From: Lingula anatina
Taxonomy: Eukaryota; Animalia; Brachiopoda
Length of the DNA stretch: 64,000 nucleotides
Direction of reading: 5' to 3'
NCBI GenBank assembly: GCA_051362555.1
Contig: CM120640.1
Span: forward strand, 4,464,001 to 4,528,000
The notes below the pieces were generated by a model that had not been told where the DNA came from, ran no database searches, and saw nothing but the letters and a program-made list of their open reading frames with translations. Within the stretch, counting starts at the first letter, position 1, and the number at the start of each line of letters is the position of its first letter. This document shows positions 26,001-40,888 of this stretch, in pieces. A program made the position numbers and the translations under genes.

Positions 26001-29000
26001 TATTGTAAGTGCTCCTGCTTTCAGTACTCTGGCATTCGATCACTTAGTGACATCAGAATACATGTATGAAAGGGTTAGTAGTAGCTTACAGGCAACAAAG
26101 TAAAATGTATGCTAAATTCTGTCGTGCTTTAAATCCCTCAGCAAGGTCCTTGAGCAGTCATACTAATGTAGGAGCAGTGTAGACCCACGTAATTAGCAGA
26201 TTTTTTATAGCATTAACTATGCTTTGTATTGAACCATTTGGAACACAGATGCTTTTGTGCTGTTTGGAGAAAGAAGAAATTTAGTGATATGTTGGTGTCA
26301 AATCTCAATGAAGTGTAAACTGATAGGTGGTAGTAGAGCTTGATGCCATATTTACATAGATTAACTATGTATCAGTCCCCCTCTAATTGTTCTCCTGAAT
26401 AATTCAGGTGATCACAACATTCCTGGAGGTATTTTGACAATTTGCTGAAGACCTAATGACCATTTTCCTGTCCCCATTAATTAAGTTAACGAGAGTGTGG
26501 AGAACTTGAGGGCATTGAGGACAGAAATGTATATACCCTGAAGTTGACAAATTAAATCAGGTGCCATATTGTGCTTGTGCAGCTTCCTATCTGTTAAATT
26601 AGCCAGGTAATTTATTCAAACCAGAAATCTTGTGTAGGATCTGATACACACCTTGGCCTTTTACAAAAAATGTGAGAGTGAATATTGAGTGAAAGCCTAG
26701 CATTTGAACTGGGAAGCCTACCAGGGAACCTTTAGAGTAAGAACATGATTGAAAGAACTACGTAGTATTCTGTGGCAACTCAAGTATGGGCTGGAGTTGG
26801 CACTGGTATAATAGAAAAAAAACAAAACACTTGTATTTGTCTATGGTATTGTGGCCTGTTATAAGAGGCAGATCAGCACCTTTTGTACATACAGATGTTG
26901 ATAAGCTTTCTTATTGGTTACATGAGTTTCTCTGCACAACAGTATAGGTTGCATATTTTCCTAGTGAGACATAATAAAGGTGAGATGATCTGTAGAATTG
27001 TTACACCTTACTATTATGGTATGAATGGCTGCAGGCTGAGCCAAAAATACCACAGATGAAGTTAATTTGACTTCAAATTAGTATGCACTGCATCATCTCC
27101 AACATCAAACCATATACTTTGTGGCGATTCCGACTTCACAGGTAGCCATTGACTGGAAGATTATGTTGTTAAGACCCGCATTGGAATTGCACAATAGCTG
27201 GGATCCTTTTTCACAAAAGAACTTGGGTCAAAAGTTGGTCATAATTTTAAGTCGTCTTTCACCCAGGATAAAACAGAGCACTAGTCCATTTCATTGTGGA
27301 TTTAAACCCCGTGCCATAAATGTAATTTAAATGTTTTGGACCAACAGGTGCCTTCTTCGGGTGAACCATTATTGATTTGTCTCTGATCAAAAATGACTTT
27401 AAATGACTTAAGTTGAAATGTGGAGAGCAGACACATTAAACAATTATAATATTTCATATTTTATTTTGATCCAAATGATTCGAGGTTACTTACCTGACTA
27501 ACAGTTATCCAGGTGATACCTTATTGGGACATGATATAGTGTAACTGTCAAAACAGAGCAAAAAATAAAAAATAAAAAGAAAGATTTTTCAGTCATATTT
27601 GAAAGGAAGATGAAATTTTAGATGAGATGTGCGCATCTTTCAAGGAAACAACTTTTATGAAATGTTGTGAAGAGAACACATTCTTTCCACTCTGTAATCA
27701 CAAAGCTGGACCTGAGGACCTTAACCTTGCTTAATTTCTATCCACTATGTAACAGCTAGGGTTAGCTTTTAGAAGCCATTAGTGCATACAGTGTGCAACA
27801 GTGCATCCATCTATCCAATCTATCATAATTCCACCTGCATGAATGTGGGGCCATGATAACCCTAGTACCAGGTAGCAGCCATTCAAAGCAGTCTCTCATG
27901 GTTTAAATGGTGTATCTACTGGGATTCTGGCCATTTAGATTATGTCTCAGAAATACCTGGTGTTTGACGAACTGGGAACAGATTGAGGCTGGTTTCAAGG
28001 TGTGCTTTTACAATGTGGTTCAGTGCAACGCTGCGTAAAACATGAATTATTGAGGTTTTAAGTCAAAAACAGATTATGAAGAAGTTTAAATCGTGTAGAT
28101 TGTGAAGTATGTATACCTTGAAGACAAACAAGCCGGAACAAAAGTCTTTTATATATGTTTATTATTTGTTTTGCCATCTGTGCAGTGTGGACAAAAGTGA
28201 TTTATGTGCCAAGATTGTATATAAAAATATTCCTTTATTTTACTAGTGTTTTATACAGGGTGTCGCAGCATTGATGGTGAATACAGGCCCTTTTTACAGA
28301 TGATCTTATGACATATGGTATATGTTACGTGTTTCTGAAAATGATCCATTATATATGTATTTATCTGAATTATTTATTCCGAGTGCTCAATACGGGTTTC
28401 TGTTTGATAATTTGATGCACATAGCAGAATATGTTCACAGAGAATATTTTATCTGATTTCACTACTTATATTTATTACCAAACTTTCAACCAAATAGACA
28501 GCGGAAAAAAGATAGAAGCTAGGTTATTTACAAGAGAAAAGGTTATTTGCTGATAGGGCTTTACTCCTTTAATAGGAGGTCATTCAACCATAACATGGAT
28601 TTTGACTTTGCTGTGGTCACAGTATTTATTGATCTCCAGCAAAATGCCCCCTCCTCCTTCATTTCTATTTAAAGGAAGGAGGTTAGATCTTGGGATGAAT
28701 AGAAGTTAGCTGAGAAAGATTTAGAGCATCAATATGGTAGCATTATTGACCCACCAGAATGCCCCTCAGAAAAGCTTAATTTGAATGGAAATCAATGATG
28801 TGACGGTCTAAACCACCAAATTGCCCATGCAGATAAGGAATTACTTTTGATAGATTCTGTCCATAGTCCCCTTAAATATCATGTTCATGTGGATTTATTG
28901 CTCCTGAATGATTTAATCTTAATAGCAGATGTATTATAGGAGGTTTATGTAAACTTGGAGAGCATGTGGAAATCCCACAAGTTATACAAAAGCCCTGCAT

Positions 29001-32000
29001 TGGGCCAGTCAGGGTTCAGAGTCGAGAAGTGCCACGCCTCTGTAATCAAGAAGTTAAAGTAGTGACCCAGAATTTTCTTACTTAGCCCTGAGGCATTCTC
29101 AAGTTTACCCAGCTGTATCCATTGCCTTGGGATATTGTTATACACTGCTTGGTTTGTCTCAGTTAGTTGTTTTCCCCATCATTCAAGCATTGAAAGGATC
29201 TTGTAATTACCTGTACTAATTATGTTTATAGCAGGAGAGCTAATTAGGTAGTCATCTGAATGCTAATTGCACTCTTATCACCAAGTTCTGACATTGATAT
29301 TTCTGGCTGAGGTGAAAGATCTTGAATCAGCAGTCACCATGGTAGATTCACACTGCTGATATTTTAATTGATCACACTATTGTCAGTGTCATGTGTCAAT
29401 TACCGTCTGGCTTTGAAGTGTGTAGTACACTATTGTCATATACCAGCAAGCCTGTGGAAAAGAAATACTGTGCAGCACTTGGATGAATAATTAATCATTT
29501 GTATCTGTAGAATTTCTTAACATTCTTAACAAGTTTTCTGGAAAAGACTGGCTGCTAGTGACATAGGAAAACAGCTGGTAAAAAATAGACGTTTGTCTTT
29601 GGATTGGCAGTAATTGCAGTTTTTACTTCTGGATTCTGTTAACTTGGTAGTAAGGTAAGCAACATTATGTGTACTATTTTCTCTTTCAGTTCAACTTTAT
29701 AATTTGCATTTATTTGCTTATAAGTTTGCATTCTTTGTGAGATGCAATTTAGTTGGCTTAAATTCCTAGTAGTCTTTGCTGAGGGAGATTTTCCACTTTA
29801 ATCATTTTGTGAGACGGTCTCATTGTCACCATAATGGCCTTACCACTGTGACTGGGACCCACCTCTTCTCAAGGCCAAAATTGCCTACTGGAGAAATAAA
29901 TTGAGCATGGAATATTGAGAAGTGACTTATGGATAATGTGTTTAATCTAAAACCACCAGCATTTCTGTAACCACAGAGCAGAAAATTTTAAATGAAAGAC
30001 AAGCCTCTAGGCAGGGGGTTTAGGGGTTTGGAAGGAACTGCCCTTTTGGCTAGGAAAGGCTCCTCAGCTGTCTCAAATATTTGAGCTGATTTCTGTGCCA
30101 TTTCTCAAGTTTGTTAAACTAAAGTAGGTCTACTTTCTTGGCAAAAGACCCTGCCCCCCTTTTAAATTGCTATCCTTAGCAAAATATCAGGCTTGCAGTA
30201 AACTTTTTTTTTGCAAATTTACACAAAGATATTTTATATTCTAACAAATTCACTGCAAATTAGCACCAATACAATTTTTTTTGTAAACTCCTTGATGCAA
30301 ACTTTTTATGGTTGCTAAGGGTAACTACAGCCCTGTTAGAAGCAATGGTTGGATACTTTCTCTTCAAAGTTTTAGCTTATTGTAGAGGTTATCCCGTTTG
30401 AAATGCATATTTGTATCTTGGAGCTCATAGAATTTTAAATCATATTCAGCAAAACTTTGCAGAGGTAAGAACCTTAACATGGTATTAATATTATTTTCTT
30501 AATTTTTCTTTGAAATTTTTAATGACTTAGGGAGCAGGGGGGGGGGGTATCACATATACTCAGTAAAAGGTTTTTTAGATTATGGTTTATTTTAAAGGGA
30601 CATTGGTTATAGCTTTTCAATAAAACAATGTTCCCTAAATAATATATGTACATATATGTTTGTATGTGTTCCTGTGTATAACAGGGAGAAAACACTGAAC
30701 AACTGGATTAAGCTTTGGGTCTTCTATATAAATACCAGTCAATATCCAAAATATTACTTCTTATTCTTCATGAAACCATCTGTTTTCTTGATTCAAGCCT
30801 TTGGGGACTGGTCAGTCTTAATGATATTAGCTCTGCAACACAGAAATGAGCTTCTTTCTGCCTGATTTGACAGGGTTAACAGTTGGTTTGTGAATTGATA
30901 ATGCATGGTTTGATTCATTGATTCCTGTGCCAAGTGGGTGAGATGTAATAAGCAGTGTTACTTGTCATTAAATCATTACAGAGCAGTAAAACATTTCTTA
31001 AGCAAAATGAATAGTAATTGTGCGGAAGTGTAGGTGTGCATAAAGTGACAAGATACTCTTATTTTACCATCTTGTAACATGATTGCCTACTTTTGTAAGC
31101 ATCTTCAACTATGTTTTGTAGTGCTGTTTTTGCATATCCATTTGATGTTGTTACATGTCTACGCTGTTGGAGCTTTTTTATTTTACATCCACGAGAAGAT
31201 CATCAGTTGGCCAAATGTGCATATTGATGGTGTTATGGACCTGATCATTTTTGATTTGATCATTGACACTGGTGTCATTTGTAAGAGAATATCAAAATCA
31301 TGTGGTTGAACCATGTTTTTCCAAGAGCACAAGGAAAAAAATCAATGCTAATTGCAAAACAATGTTAAGAGGAGAATAAATGGAATTAGTTTCAGTAAAG
31401 TACTCTGCAATTCTGCATAATGGGATATTTTTGTTTATTACAGCTAATAGACATCAATCAGTGCCTTCGTTAACTTACAGTCAAGTCTATAAACCATTTG
31501 ACAGCTACTTCTGTCTTACAAGACATCCGCTTAAAAGAATCTTACCATTGCATGAAGGAACTATGTTACATGTAACTACTCAAAGAACTAGATTAATCCA
31601 ACATAAGAGGGATTAATTTATCTGTCTGTCTTCATGTCGACTTGATTATCCAAGAAGCTCCCAAGTTGATAATCATTTCAGTCTTCAAATGTAATAAACT
31701 CACTTTGTCTTGAAGTAATGTAAATGTGAAAACCACATTTTGATCTTAAAATGTGCAAGTTTTAGTGGGTAGTATGGTGATTATATTGAACATTTGTGTT
31801 TGATGTTCTTTATTTATAAGTAAGCCAACACAGCATTAGAGCACAATCCCTGGTATGATGTATTGGATAAATTTGCTCATACAATAAGATGTGGAAAAAA
31901 ATGAAGAAAAAATCAATTTATGAACATGTTACATGTTTGAGAAGTACTCTATCACCATTGAATGGACTGACTCTTAATGTAACAGGTGTTTTTATAAATG

Positions 32001-32338
32001 TGCGCATGACTAGGAGCAGGTAGACATAATTTTAGAACACCAAGTATGCATATTAATGGCATTAAGTATTGATCCTATTTGCATGTAAGCTAATATGACA
32101 TATCATCATTAGGGTCACTCAGCAATTTAAAATTTTCTTAATCATTAATGCATGGATCTAATTGCTAATGGTGTTTTGATATTCATTTGATAAAGCATTA
32201 GAACAAATAATCATTGGTGAGCTAAAGGTAGGTCTCAGGTGAGAATTTTTACCTGTTATGCAGCTAAACAGGTCTGTAGGTGGTAAGGTTTTCTCAGGCA
32301 AAAACCCTGGTTTTTCCTGAGGTCTAATATTTGCCTGA

Positions 32339-32569
32339 AGCCTAGGTCCCAACTACGTTTTGGACGCACAGTTTTTTAGATTCCTTGCGTCCAGCCAGGA
32401 TGTAGCTAGATCGCACGTAGCAGCTGTCGATCAAGTTTCTACGTGCTGTTTGTGTCCTCCAAAAGTCGCACGATGGACATGCTCCTCACGCACAAACTCC
32501 CACGTTTTCCCCATTTTTTTGGCTGTAGACCACACGTAGCAGCCTGTACGTTCGGTTGGGACCTAGGCT
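32339..32569. mobile_element. MITE (probably PIF/Harbinger-type), CpG-rich and young
   Basis: Perfect TIRs AGCCTAGGTCCCAAC / GTTGGGACCTAGGCT, with flanks TGA / TTA (TWA-like). The interior retains many CpGs. Confidence 0.8.
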
Positions 32570-35500
32570 TTAACAATCTAGAAAAATAAGAAGTAAAAAA
32601 AACTTTAACCCAAAGTCCCCCATTCTTTCAGGTTCTACAGGGACGCTCTGTCAGGAAAGTGGACAGGGTGTGAGATTTTGTTTTTGAGATAATAGATAAG
32701 ATTATGATTGGGGACAATTATTCAAAGCATATTATCTGTTAAAAAATTTTTTAAAGTATCAATTGCCCTTAATTAAGTGCAACAAGAAATGGTTCATGTG
32801 CTTTGAGATAAGAATGTGTGTTTGTAATCTTACACTTTGTCTTTTTAACAGTATTATACCATTAGTCCAGCTTTCACATCGGCTATTTTTGATATGTAAA
32901 TTCATTTAGCAAATGGGTATCCATAGTAATAAAAAAGGACATCTTAATTTACGTTGATAGCTAAGTGTTTATATGTATGTGTCTGTATTTACGCCAGATG
33001 CCATCACTTTTCACCTCTGAACATCACCAGAAAACCTGTGACATAGTTACCTCCATCTATCACCCAGTTACTTTAATGTTTAATCTGTCTGATGCAGGAT
33101 GTGTAAGAAAGGTGTGGAAAACAAATATAAGAAACAAGGCAATACGGTATGTGGTTTTAGATAAAACAAGAGGATGCTTTTATGAAATATGCTGAAAGTA
33201 CTTGTTGGTGAATGCGTTCCGTTCCTAGACTGTATTTACACAATAAAATGACATGTTAAGAGAAAGGCATATGATGAATTATCTAAATGGCTTTGTATAA
33301 CTTCACTGGCAGATGATTATTTGTATCATGATAGTTGATATGTAACAGAGCTCGGCAGCTGAATAACACAAATGGTGTTAGGAACAGTAGGTGAAGAACA
33401 CCAGGTGGATATGGCTCGGGAGTATTGATTGGTGAGAATTTATACACCTACGACAGTGACAAGATACCTGTAGAGGTGACATCTCTATTCCTCTGGCGTC
33501 AGACAGACAGGCGGACACACAGACAGCCAGGCAAGCAGGCAGGCTGATCTTGTTTCTTGGCATCCACAAATTGAGTATGTTAATTGATTACAGAAGTGTA
33601 ATTTTCATATTTAAATGAGGGGGACGTGTCCCATTGCCTTTGTGGTTGAGTTGTCACTGTCATTATTGATGAATTGTGATAACATGTTGTTGACATTGAC
33701 ATGGAGGGTGGGGTCCTTGATTTTTTAAAACTATGTTGGGTTGTCACGGAAGAGTACGTTTTATGTAGGCTTTTGAAATAGTATTTTTTCAGTGTAATTG
33801 AAATAATGCAAATTCTGTTTATATGAACAGGCACAGTATGATTTTGTGGTTTTTTATTATTTAAGATGATATACACATTGTCAGGAAATTAGGATTTAAA
33901 GGTGATAAAAGATAGAAAAATAGCAGGACATTCATAAAAGTGAGATATATAGCAGCAGATTGTACTGTTATGTCAGCAGCCTGGAAGGTGTGGCACTTGT
34001 TAGCATAGTTGTGGTATAAGTGAGATTCACTTCTAAATATTTAACCTGTATATGATATGACATTTGAAAGATATAGCTTTGAAGCAGTTATGTAAGTGCT
34101 GAACACAATATTATCTATTATTAGAATGATTTATTTTCAATCATATTGTGATTGTTGCACGATTATTTGATATATAGGACAGTTAGTGCTGGCAGTTGAA
34201 TTACGAGACTGGATCTTATTGAAGTATAATCATTTCAAAATGTCAGCCAGAATTGATACATTAGTAGTTATGTCATATTTGGGTGCTGGTTCAAATACAG
34301 ATAACATTCCTCCTTATCTTCATTTGAAAGAATGATTGATTTTTTTTACTGCCTGTCCACTGGCTTCTTTCTCATTGGAAACACTAGTTATGAATGAAAT
34401 GGTGGAAGAATCTTATCCATCCACACCCTCCCCACCTAAAACTGAATTAAAAGTTCCAATCAGGCTATTTTTACATTATCACTTTTTGAGCCCTTTTTTC
34501 TGGTTTAATTTTTTTTAACTTGTTTTTTTATTTTATTTTATTTTTTTTTTAATTTATCTCTGGGATAACTACACAACTTTATCAAGTTTCATGTTTTCAC
34601 ATCCCTGTTTGTGTTTCACGCCATTTTGAGAGATTGACAACTTAATAAATAACCTGGCTATTATGTAAGAGAGTCATCTAAATGGAGGCAGGCTGCCACA
34701 CTTGACATGGCCAGGTAACTGGATTAATTTTGACAGCTCCAAACAGTTGGAAGCAAATATGTGAAAGATAGGAAACCCCCTATAGCCTATTTACATGTTA
34801 GGGCAAGTAAAAAGGGAAAAGCCTGATATGAAAGACTCTAAATGAATGGTTGAATGAATAAATAAATGAAACAGTTTACATGGACAGGAAATGGTAAAAA
34901 GTATAAAAAGTAGAATGCTAAAAAGTAAGGAGAACCATTGTCTGTAAAAACTGGAGTTTCATTTGATAGTGACTTAAATTAGTTTTTATTCATTATGTGA
35001 TGATAAACTCACTTTATCTGAAAGCAGATAAAACTATGAATGTGCAATATAATGAAAAAAGGGGAAATATGAATATCTGGTACCTACAGAAAATGCCAAT
35101 TAAAATTTAAGTGCATGTATTGTATTTGATATCATGTGTATTGGTTGAGATATAGCTACTTCTGTTTCATGTTTTATCAGCATTTTGATAAAGTATTTAA
35201 AAGCACAGGAAGCCAGAAATGGAAGTTGAAATATCTTTCAGATCTCTAACTCTGATGCTGTGATCACATTCTCTTTCCAGCTATTACCTGGTTGTCATGC
35301 AAACATGATATTAATGCTCCAATTATCATGCTGATAGATGTAGTGACATGTGACAAACCCTGGTATGTGGGCCCCTTTCAAAACAGTTGGCCCCAAATAG
35401 GTATGATCAAAGCCAGAGGTATTCTCCATAATTCGTAAGAAAATGTCATCAGAATTTTCAGGTAATAGCTGACATTTGTCTGATGAAGTGTGTAGTGACA

Positions 35501-38500
35501 TTAGAGCCCACTCTGGCTCATCTCAAGCTTTCAGTAAACGTGTGTGCGACTGGTGATTATTGATCCTAGTTTTGCTATAGATCATAATTGTTTGCAGGCT
35601 GTCCATGTTAGATAAGGTGGCTGAATGCAGCAGATAGCAGTCACAGACATTTCTGTCATCAAGAACTGGGTGGACATTCTTTTTTAGTGACTTATAACAG
35701 TTGTGGGCGTAAAAAAGGCTGAGTGAATTATTTTTGGAATTCAGACTTGTTCTGATGTAAAAGAGGAAAACTGTTTGTCCAGAAGGGAAGGAACAAATTA
35801 AGGTAGAACAAAACTGTTTTCCAATTCTATAGAGATACGCTTACAGTATATTGTTTTTGGTGTTCATCTTTATGCTGTGAGAGAAATATGATAGGTAGTA
35901 TGAATTACAAAATTTATTCACATCCCCACTTGCAACCATGTGGACAGCTCATTTAGGGCTGTGTTATTGAGGTAAAAGCAGCATGATGTCCAGCACAAAG
36001 TGAGTCCTAAGTAAGTAGTTAATTGAAAGTAGAGACAAAACAGATAAATATTTAGGTGGCTGAGGTCCCTCCACCTGAGACTGAGTAAGCCACAGTTGAA
36101 GGTCAGAAGAGGAAAACTGTCAAGCCTATCCATCATTTTGTGCAGGGAAGTGTCGTGATATCCTCTGCCTGCCTGCCCTGCGCAGTCAGAAGGCAGTGGT
36201 CACAGGCAACAGTTGGCTGGTCACCTTCTCCTGAGATTCAACTGTTGAAGTGTAGTGGACTTGGATATGGAAGGGCTCTCCACATAGGTGGTGTTCAAGG
36301 CAAACGAGGTGGTTTGAGGTTTGGTAGCAGTACGTAGGCATTCGGTAAAATACAGATAGTGGTAGGTGATGCTGTGAGGGTTGAACTCTGATTATTTTGT
36401 GAAACAAATCATTAAAAAATTATATACAATCAAGCAGGTGGGTATGTTTAATAGTTAATTGTCTTCACAGTAGAGTAATTTTAAATACTTTGTCACAATA
36501 GTTGATAAAAAAGCAAGTTCTTTTTGAAAGATGAAGATTATCCCCTTGAATTTAGGTTGTATGAACTCTAACATGGAAGTGAACAAGACTTATTGAATAC
36601 AGCAATTTGTATGTGTGTGTGTGTGTGTGTGCATCATGGAGATATTGTTGAATGAATATCTGGGGCTGTCAGAGAAAGGCAGATTTATGAATGCTTGGCA
36701 TAATGTTGTTAGATACAGCCTGATGAATGGGAATGCCTTTGATATCTTCATTCAAAGCACGTTGCATTATGCCCTTCAAAATGGCTGCTATACCCAAAGG
36801 GGGCATCTCAACCAAGACGTGAAAAAGGGAACATGTATTTTGATACTTATTAGGTTTGTAGCAGTTTTCAAAGGCATTGTTATACCTTAGGGAAAATTTC
36901 ACCATTCCTGAAACTCTCTCTCTGTCTGTCTGAGTACAGAGCAGATGGATCTGATTGGACTCCCCAGTTTTCTTCCATTGATTCCTGGCAACTTTGTGAT
37001 GAAACCCTGCTGACTTTTATGATAGCTCCCAGTTGGTGTCAGCTAGGTGGTCTACACCTTAATCAATTATTTACAATGTCCAGCCCCGTTGCTTACTGGA
37101 CCAGGTATGCTACACCTCAACAAACTGCCTACGCCACTATGTGACTAATAATAATCAAGACTGGAAGTAGCTGTGGTGTAATATTTTGGCAAATATCCAT
37201 TGCTATAAATGCTGTAACCATAGCAACAGTGTGTAGACCGGTTGGCTATTTACTGACTACAAATTAAGGCGGGCCTGATGTCTGTACACATAACATGTTC
37301 TCATTAACAAGCCTGGTACAATACAAACAGCACTCTAAAGGTTGATGAGCCAAGCTATCATTACCGGGGGAAATAATCAAGCTACCACCATCATCAATGC
37401 AGTGTTTGTATTATTGATATGGTTAATAATGGGGAGTTGGAAGAGGTTGAGTGTCTCGGCTTTGTTTGCTTTCTTGGTTGAATAACTCCTGATGTAGAAA
37501 AATTGTTTGTATAATGGTGTCTGAGATAGGCAAGATGTCCATTACAGGGAGACACCAAACATCATTTAAGAGATTATAATTGAAAAAGATGGGAAAACAG
37601 ACTACTGCAATCTGATCACTCTAAGCTGACAGGGAATAATTGAATATTAGCACATTTACAGTCCAAAAGGTGTCATTTATAATGATGCAGTGCATCATTT
37701 AGCTGTGCTGAGGAAAAATTGTGTATGTGAAATGGGGAAATATTAGTAATCATTTGCTGTGACCTTCCTTTTTGTGACACACCTTAAGCTGACTCTACTG
37801 CATCAACCATTAAGTGTATGATTCATGATGATGTGAAAGTTTTAGAGTTTTTCCGAGGTAGATTGACGCTTTGATTAAATGGAGGGCCTCTTGTTATCTG
37901 AGTCTTGAATGTCAACTGAGTGGATAAAGTCTCTTCTCTATTTCGTGCCAGTCAAGATGTGATACCAAGAAATGCAGAGGAGATTACAGGGAATCTAACT
38001 GAATAGATTTTACTTTGCATAACATGTTTATCTCCTGGGTGCTTAATTGACTAGTCATTCTATACAGGTTCTTAGACTGTATTAAACAGTGGGGCCAAAT
38101 ATATATATAAATGCAATAACTTAGATTGAACAACCAAATGAGGCAATGAACCAAGTGCTTGTAATGTTTCTACTTTGGTATAAATGGAAGCAAACTTGAT
38201 TATCTTAGGGGTAATTTCATACTAATGAGAACGCACTTGGCATCCTCTGTGGAATCTTTTTTATTTCATTTTTACAGAAAGGGCACATTTGCAGTTTGAT
38301 GCTTAGCACCAGTTAAAGAATAAATTTTGACTTGCGTGTGCTTCAGCTTGTTGCCTGAAAGCAATTCCTAGAAGCATTATCTGAAGTATTCTCTTATATG
38401 CCTATTGATGACCCACTTTCCCTAGGAATGAGGCTGATACTAGGCAAGTGGTAAATTATTGAAATACTGGTGAGTTGCTTAAAATTTTGTGTGCTTAGTA

Positions 38501-40771
38501 AGCAAGGATCTTCACACCTTATTTAGAGATGCTATGGTGAGAATGGATGGTTTCCAAAATTATTATCAAGTCTGATGTTTTTTTTAGGCTTGTATGAAAT
38601 TTAATGGGTTTTGACTGACTGTAGCATAGGTAAGAAACACTGTCATCTCTTGTATCATCACATATGGCAACAATTGATGACTGGAGTGAAAGCATCATTC
38701 ATTCAGTTCTCCTATACAGTTAACACAGATGTAGCAAACTAACAAGGCAGTTATTGGTGATATCTGTATTTTTTCATTTAGCCTTAAAGACGTTGAGTTG
38801 ATTCCCCGTGCTCCAGTAAAATTAATTTAATTTGTTCACGTTTCCACATGGGTATTGGGTCCCAGTAGTGCTCCACAGACTGGGTTGAAAGCAGTCAGAG
38901 GATGGATGGATAGCACAGCAGTTACCTGGAAAATCATTACAGCTGCTGCTGCAGCTAAGTGGACAGAGTTATTATATTTTGTCCAAGCTTGCATGGGGAG
39001 ATAAGAAGCCGACAAGTATTCTTTATGGAGTAGAATTCCAGGAGCTGTGCTCAATGGAGATTATTGATAAAACAGAATTAGTAACCTTGTTTACTGCTGC
39101 TAGCTGTCAACCCCTAATAAAAACCAATGGGGAAAATAGTGAATGGTTCATTTATACATTAGGGAGGTTCTGGGGTAAGTTTTGATATATGGTGCTGATA
39201 CAGGGAGGCACATGGCTGGACATTTTTTTTGGGGAAAAGGTGTAATGTTTGTTTAGAAAATGACCTCTTTTGTAAGTTCATTCCATTTTATTAGTGAACC
39301 ACTGCAGTAACATGGCAGATAATGGGGCTCTTTGAAGATATTTTTTCCATTTTTTTGCCATGGGACCAGAAGTTTCCCAGTAGGACAGAAATGGCCCCTG
39401 TTGTGAAAAGGGACTGACTTCTAAAATCATGTGAAATTTCTGTGTTTGATTACCCCGAGTTTCATTTCAGCTGAAGGTGATCTTGTTTTCCTAGATACCC
39501 CTGAAATATCCAGCTATAAAAAGGATGATGGTCAAATTAGAAATGTATAAGTGGACAGTTTTGCTTGGACAAGGGAAACCTAGGGCAGTTGTGAATATCA
39601 CTTTTAATATTATATAGGCAGGACAGGGGTGTGGTTACATGAAAGTCACCATTATTGTACTGTATTTTATTTAGAAAAAAATTACAAGAAGCCTTCCCTA
39701 CTTAATTAAGGACATGCTGTTCAAGAGGCTAGGGTAATTGTATAAACACAAATTTTCATCGACTGCGTTCTGGAGTCAAAAGTAGAACAGTAATTAACTG
39801 GGAAACGGAAATGAAAATCACGAGAAAAAAATATATATCTCTTATAACAGGAGTGATCATTATCTCATATTGATTTTTTTTAGGATAGTTTGGGTTAAAT
39901 ATGCAGCTGCTTTCTTTTTAATAGTTCCCCTGAGGTTGTGATCCAAACTGGTGCAAACATGTTGAAATACTTGATATGCCAGGACTGTAGGCATGCAGAA
40001 AGAGAGATTGTAGGACAGTAGTGAATTTTTTTTTATTTAGTTCTGTAATCTGTACCAATAAGCTGGTAATGTTTCAATTTGTATGAGAGACAGCTGACAT
40101 GGGTATTAGCATTAAGAAAATAGTTTATAGTGTTTTGGATGCCTGTCTGTTTCTTCTTAGCACTTTCAAATAATTATTAACTAGGTATGTGCATGGCCAT
40201 ATATTCTCTCCCTGATATCTTTTATGGTAAAGCTTTTTGCCACATCTATTCTTTCCAGTTTGCTCCAAGAGGTGTAATGATAGTTTTTTTTTATGGGGGG
40301 GGGGGGGGGGGGGGGTCAGAGAGATTTAAGGTAAAAAGTAGATGCAACTATGGGCAAAATAGTGAAATACTCATATATAACTGATAAAGATGTTTGTTTA
40401 TCTTTAGAAAATCTGAGTAATACCTCTTTGTAAAAGGAATAAAAATATCAAATTAAACAGTGACATCATGACATGACATTAACCATATTATGGTTAATTT
40501 TTAACCTCCACAAAAGCCAATAGACCAACAGTTGAGAATATTTGGTTGAATAGTGGGCCACTCCCATCTAATTTGGCACAGTGGCACATTAAGATGATGG
40601 GCTCAAAGGTAAAGTATATGGATTCAACATGAAATGTTAACAGTTAAGCACGTTAAGTACCTACACTTGCATATGTGATATACTAAATACATACCTGTAT
40701 ACCTGCCTTTTTTATCATTTCAGAACTGAAGATCACTGAAACTAGGACTATTTTTAAAAAAATAAATCACA

Positions 40772-40888
40772 ATGGGAAATTCTAAATCCAAGAACAAGAA
40801 CAAGTTATCAAAAGAGGATGTAGATTATTTGGTTGCAAACACCAATTTTGACAAAATGCAGATAAAGCAGTGGCACAAGGGGTTTCTG
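40772..40888 (+). CDS. Neuronal calcium sensor (NCS-2-like / neurocalcin-frequenin family), coding exon 1
   Basis: Translates [39 protein letters not shown], with an MGxxxS myristoylation signal and the family motif IKQWHKGFL. The upstream acceptor is TTTTTATCATTTCAG| (exon starts 40724) and the donor is CTG|GTAAGT in phase 0. It is absent from the ORF track because it is short. Confidence 0.95.

Noticed and set aside
30005-30335. Possible degenerate CAG...CTG MITE remnants
   Set aside because: The termini are only loosely complementary, with no TSD or second copy to support boundaries.
37820-37905. Possible C/D-box snoRNA (ATGATGA ... CTGA about 78 nt apart)
   Set aside because: The terminal stem is weak and I recognise no rRNA/snRNA antisense guide. 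Such box pairs arise often by chance in AT-rich DNA.
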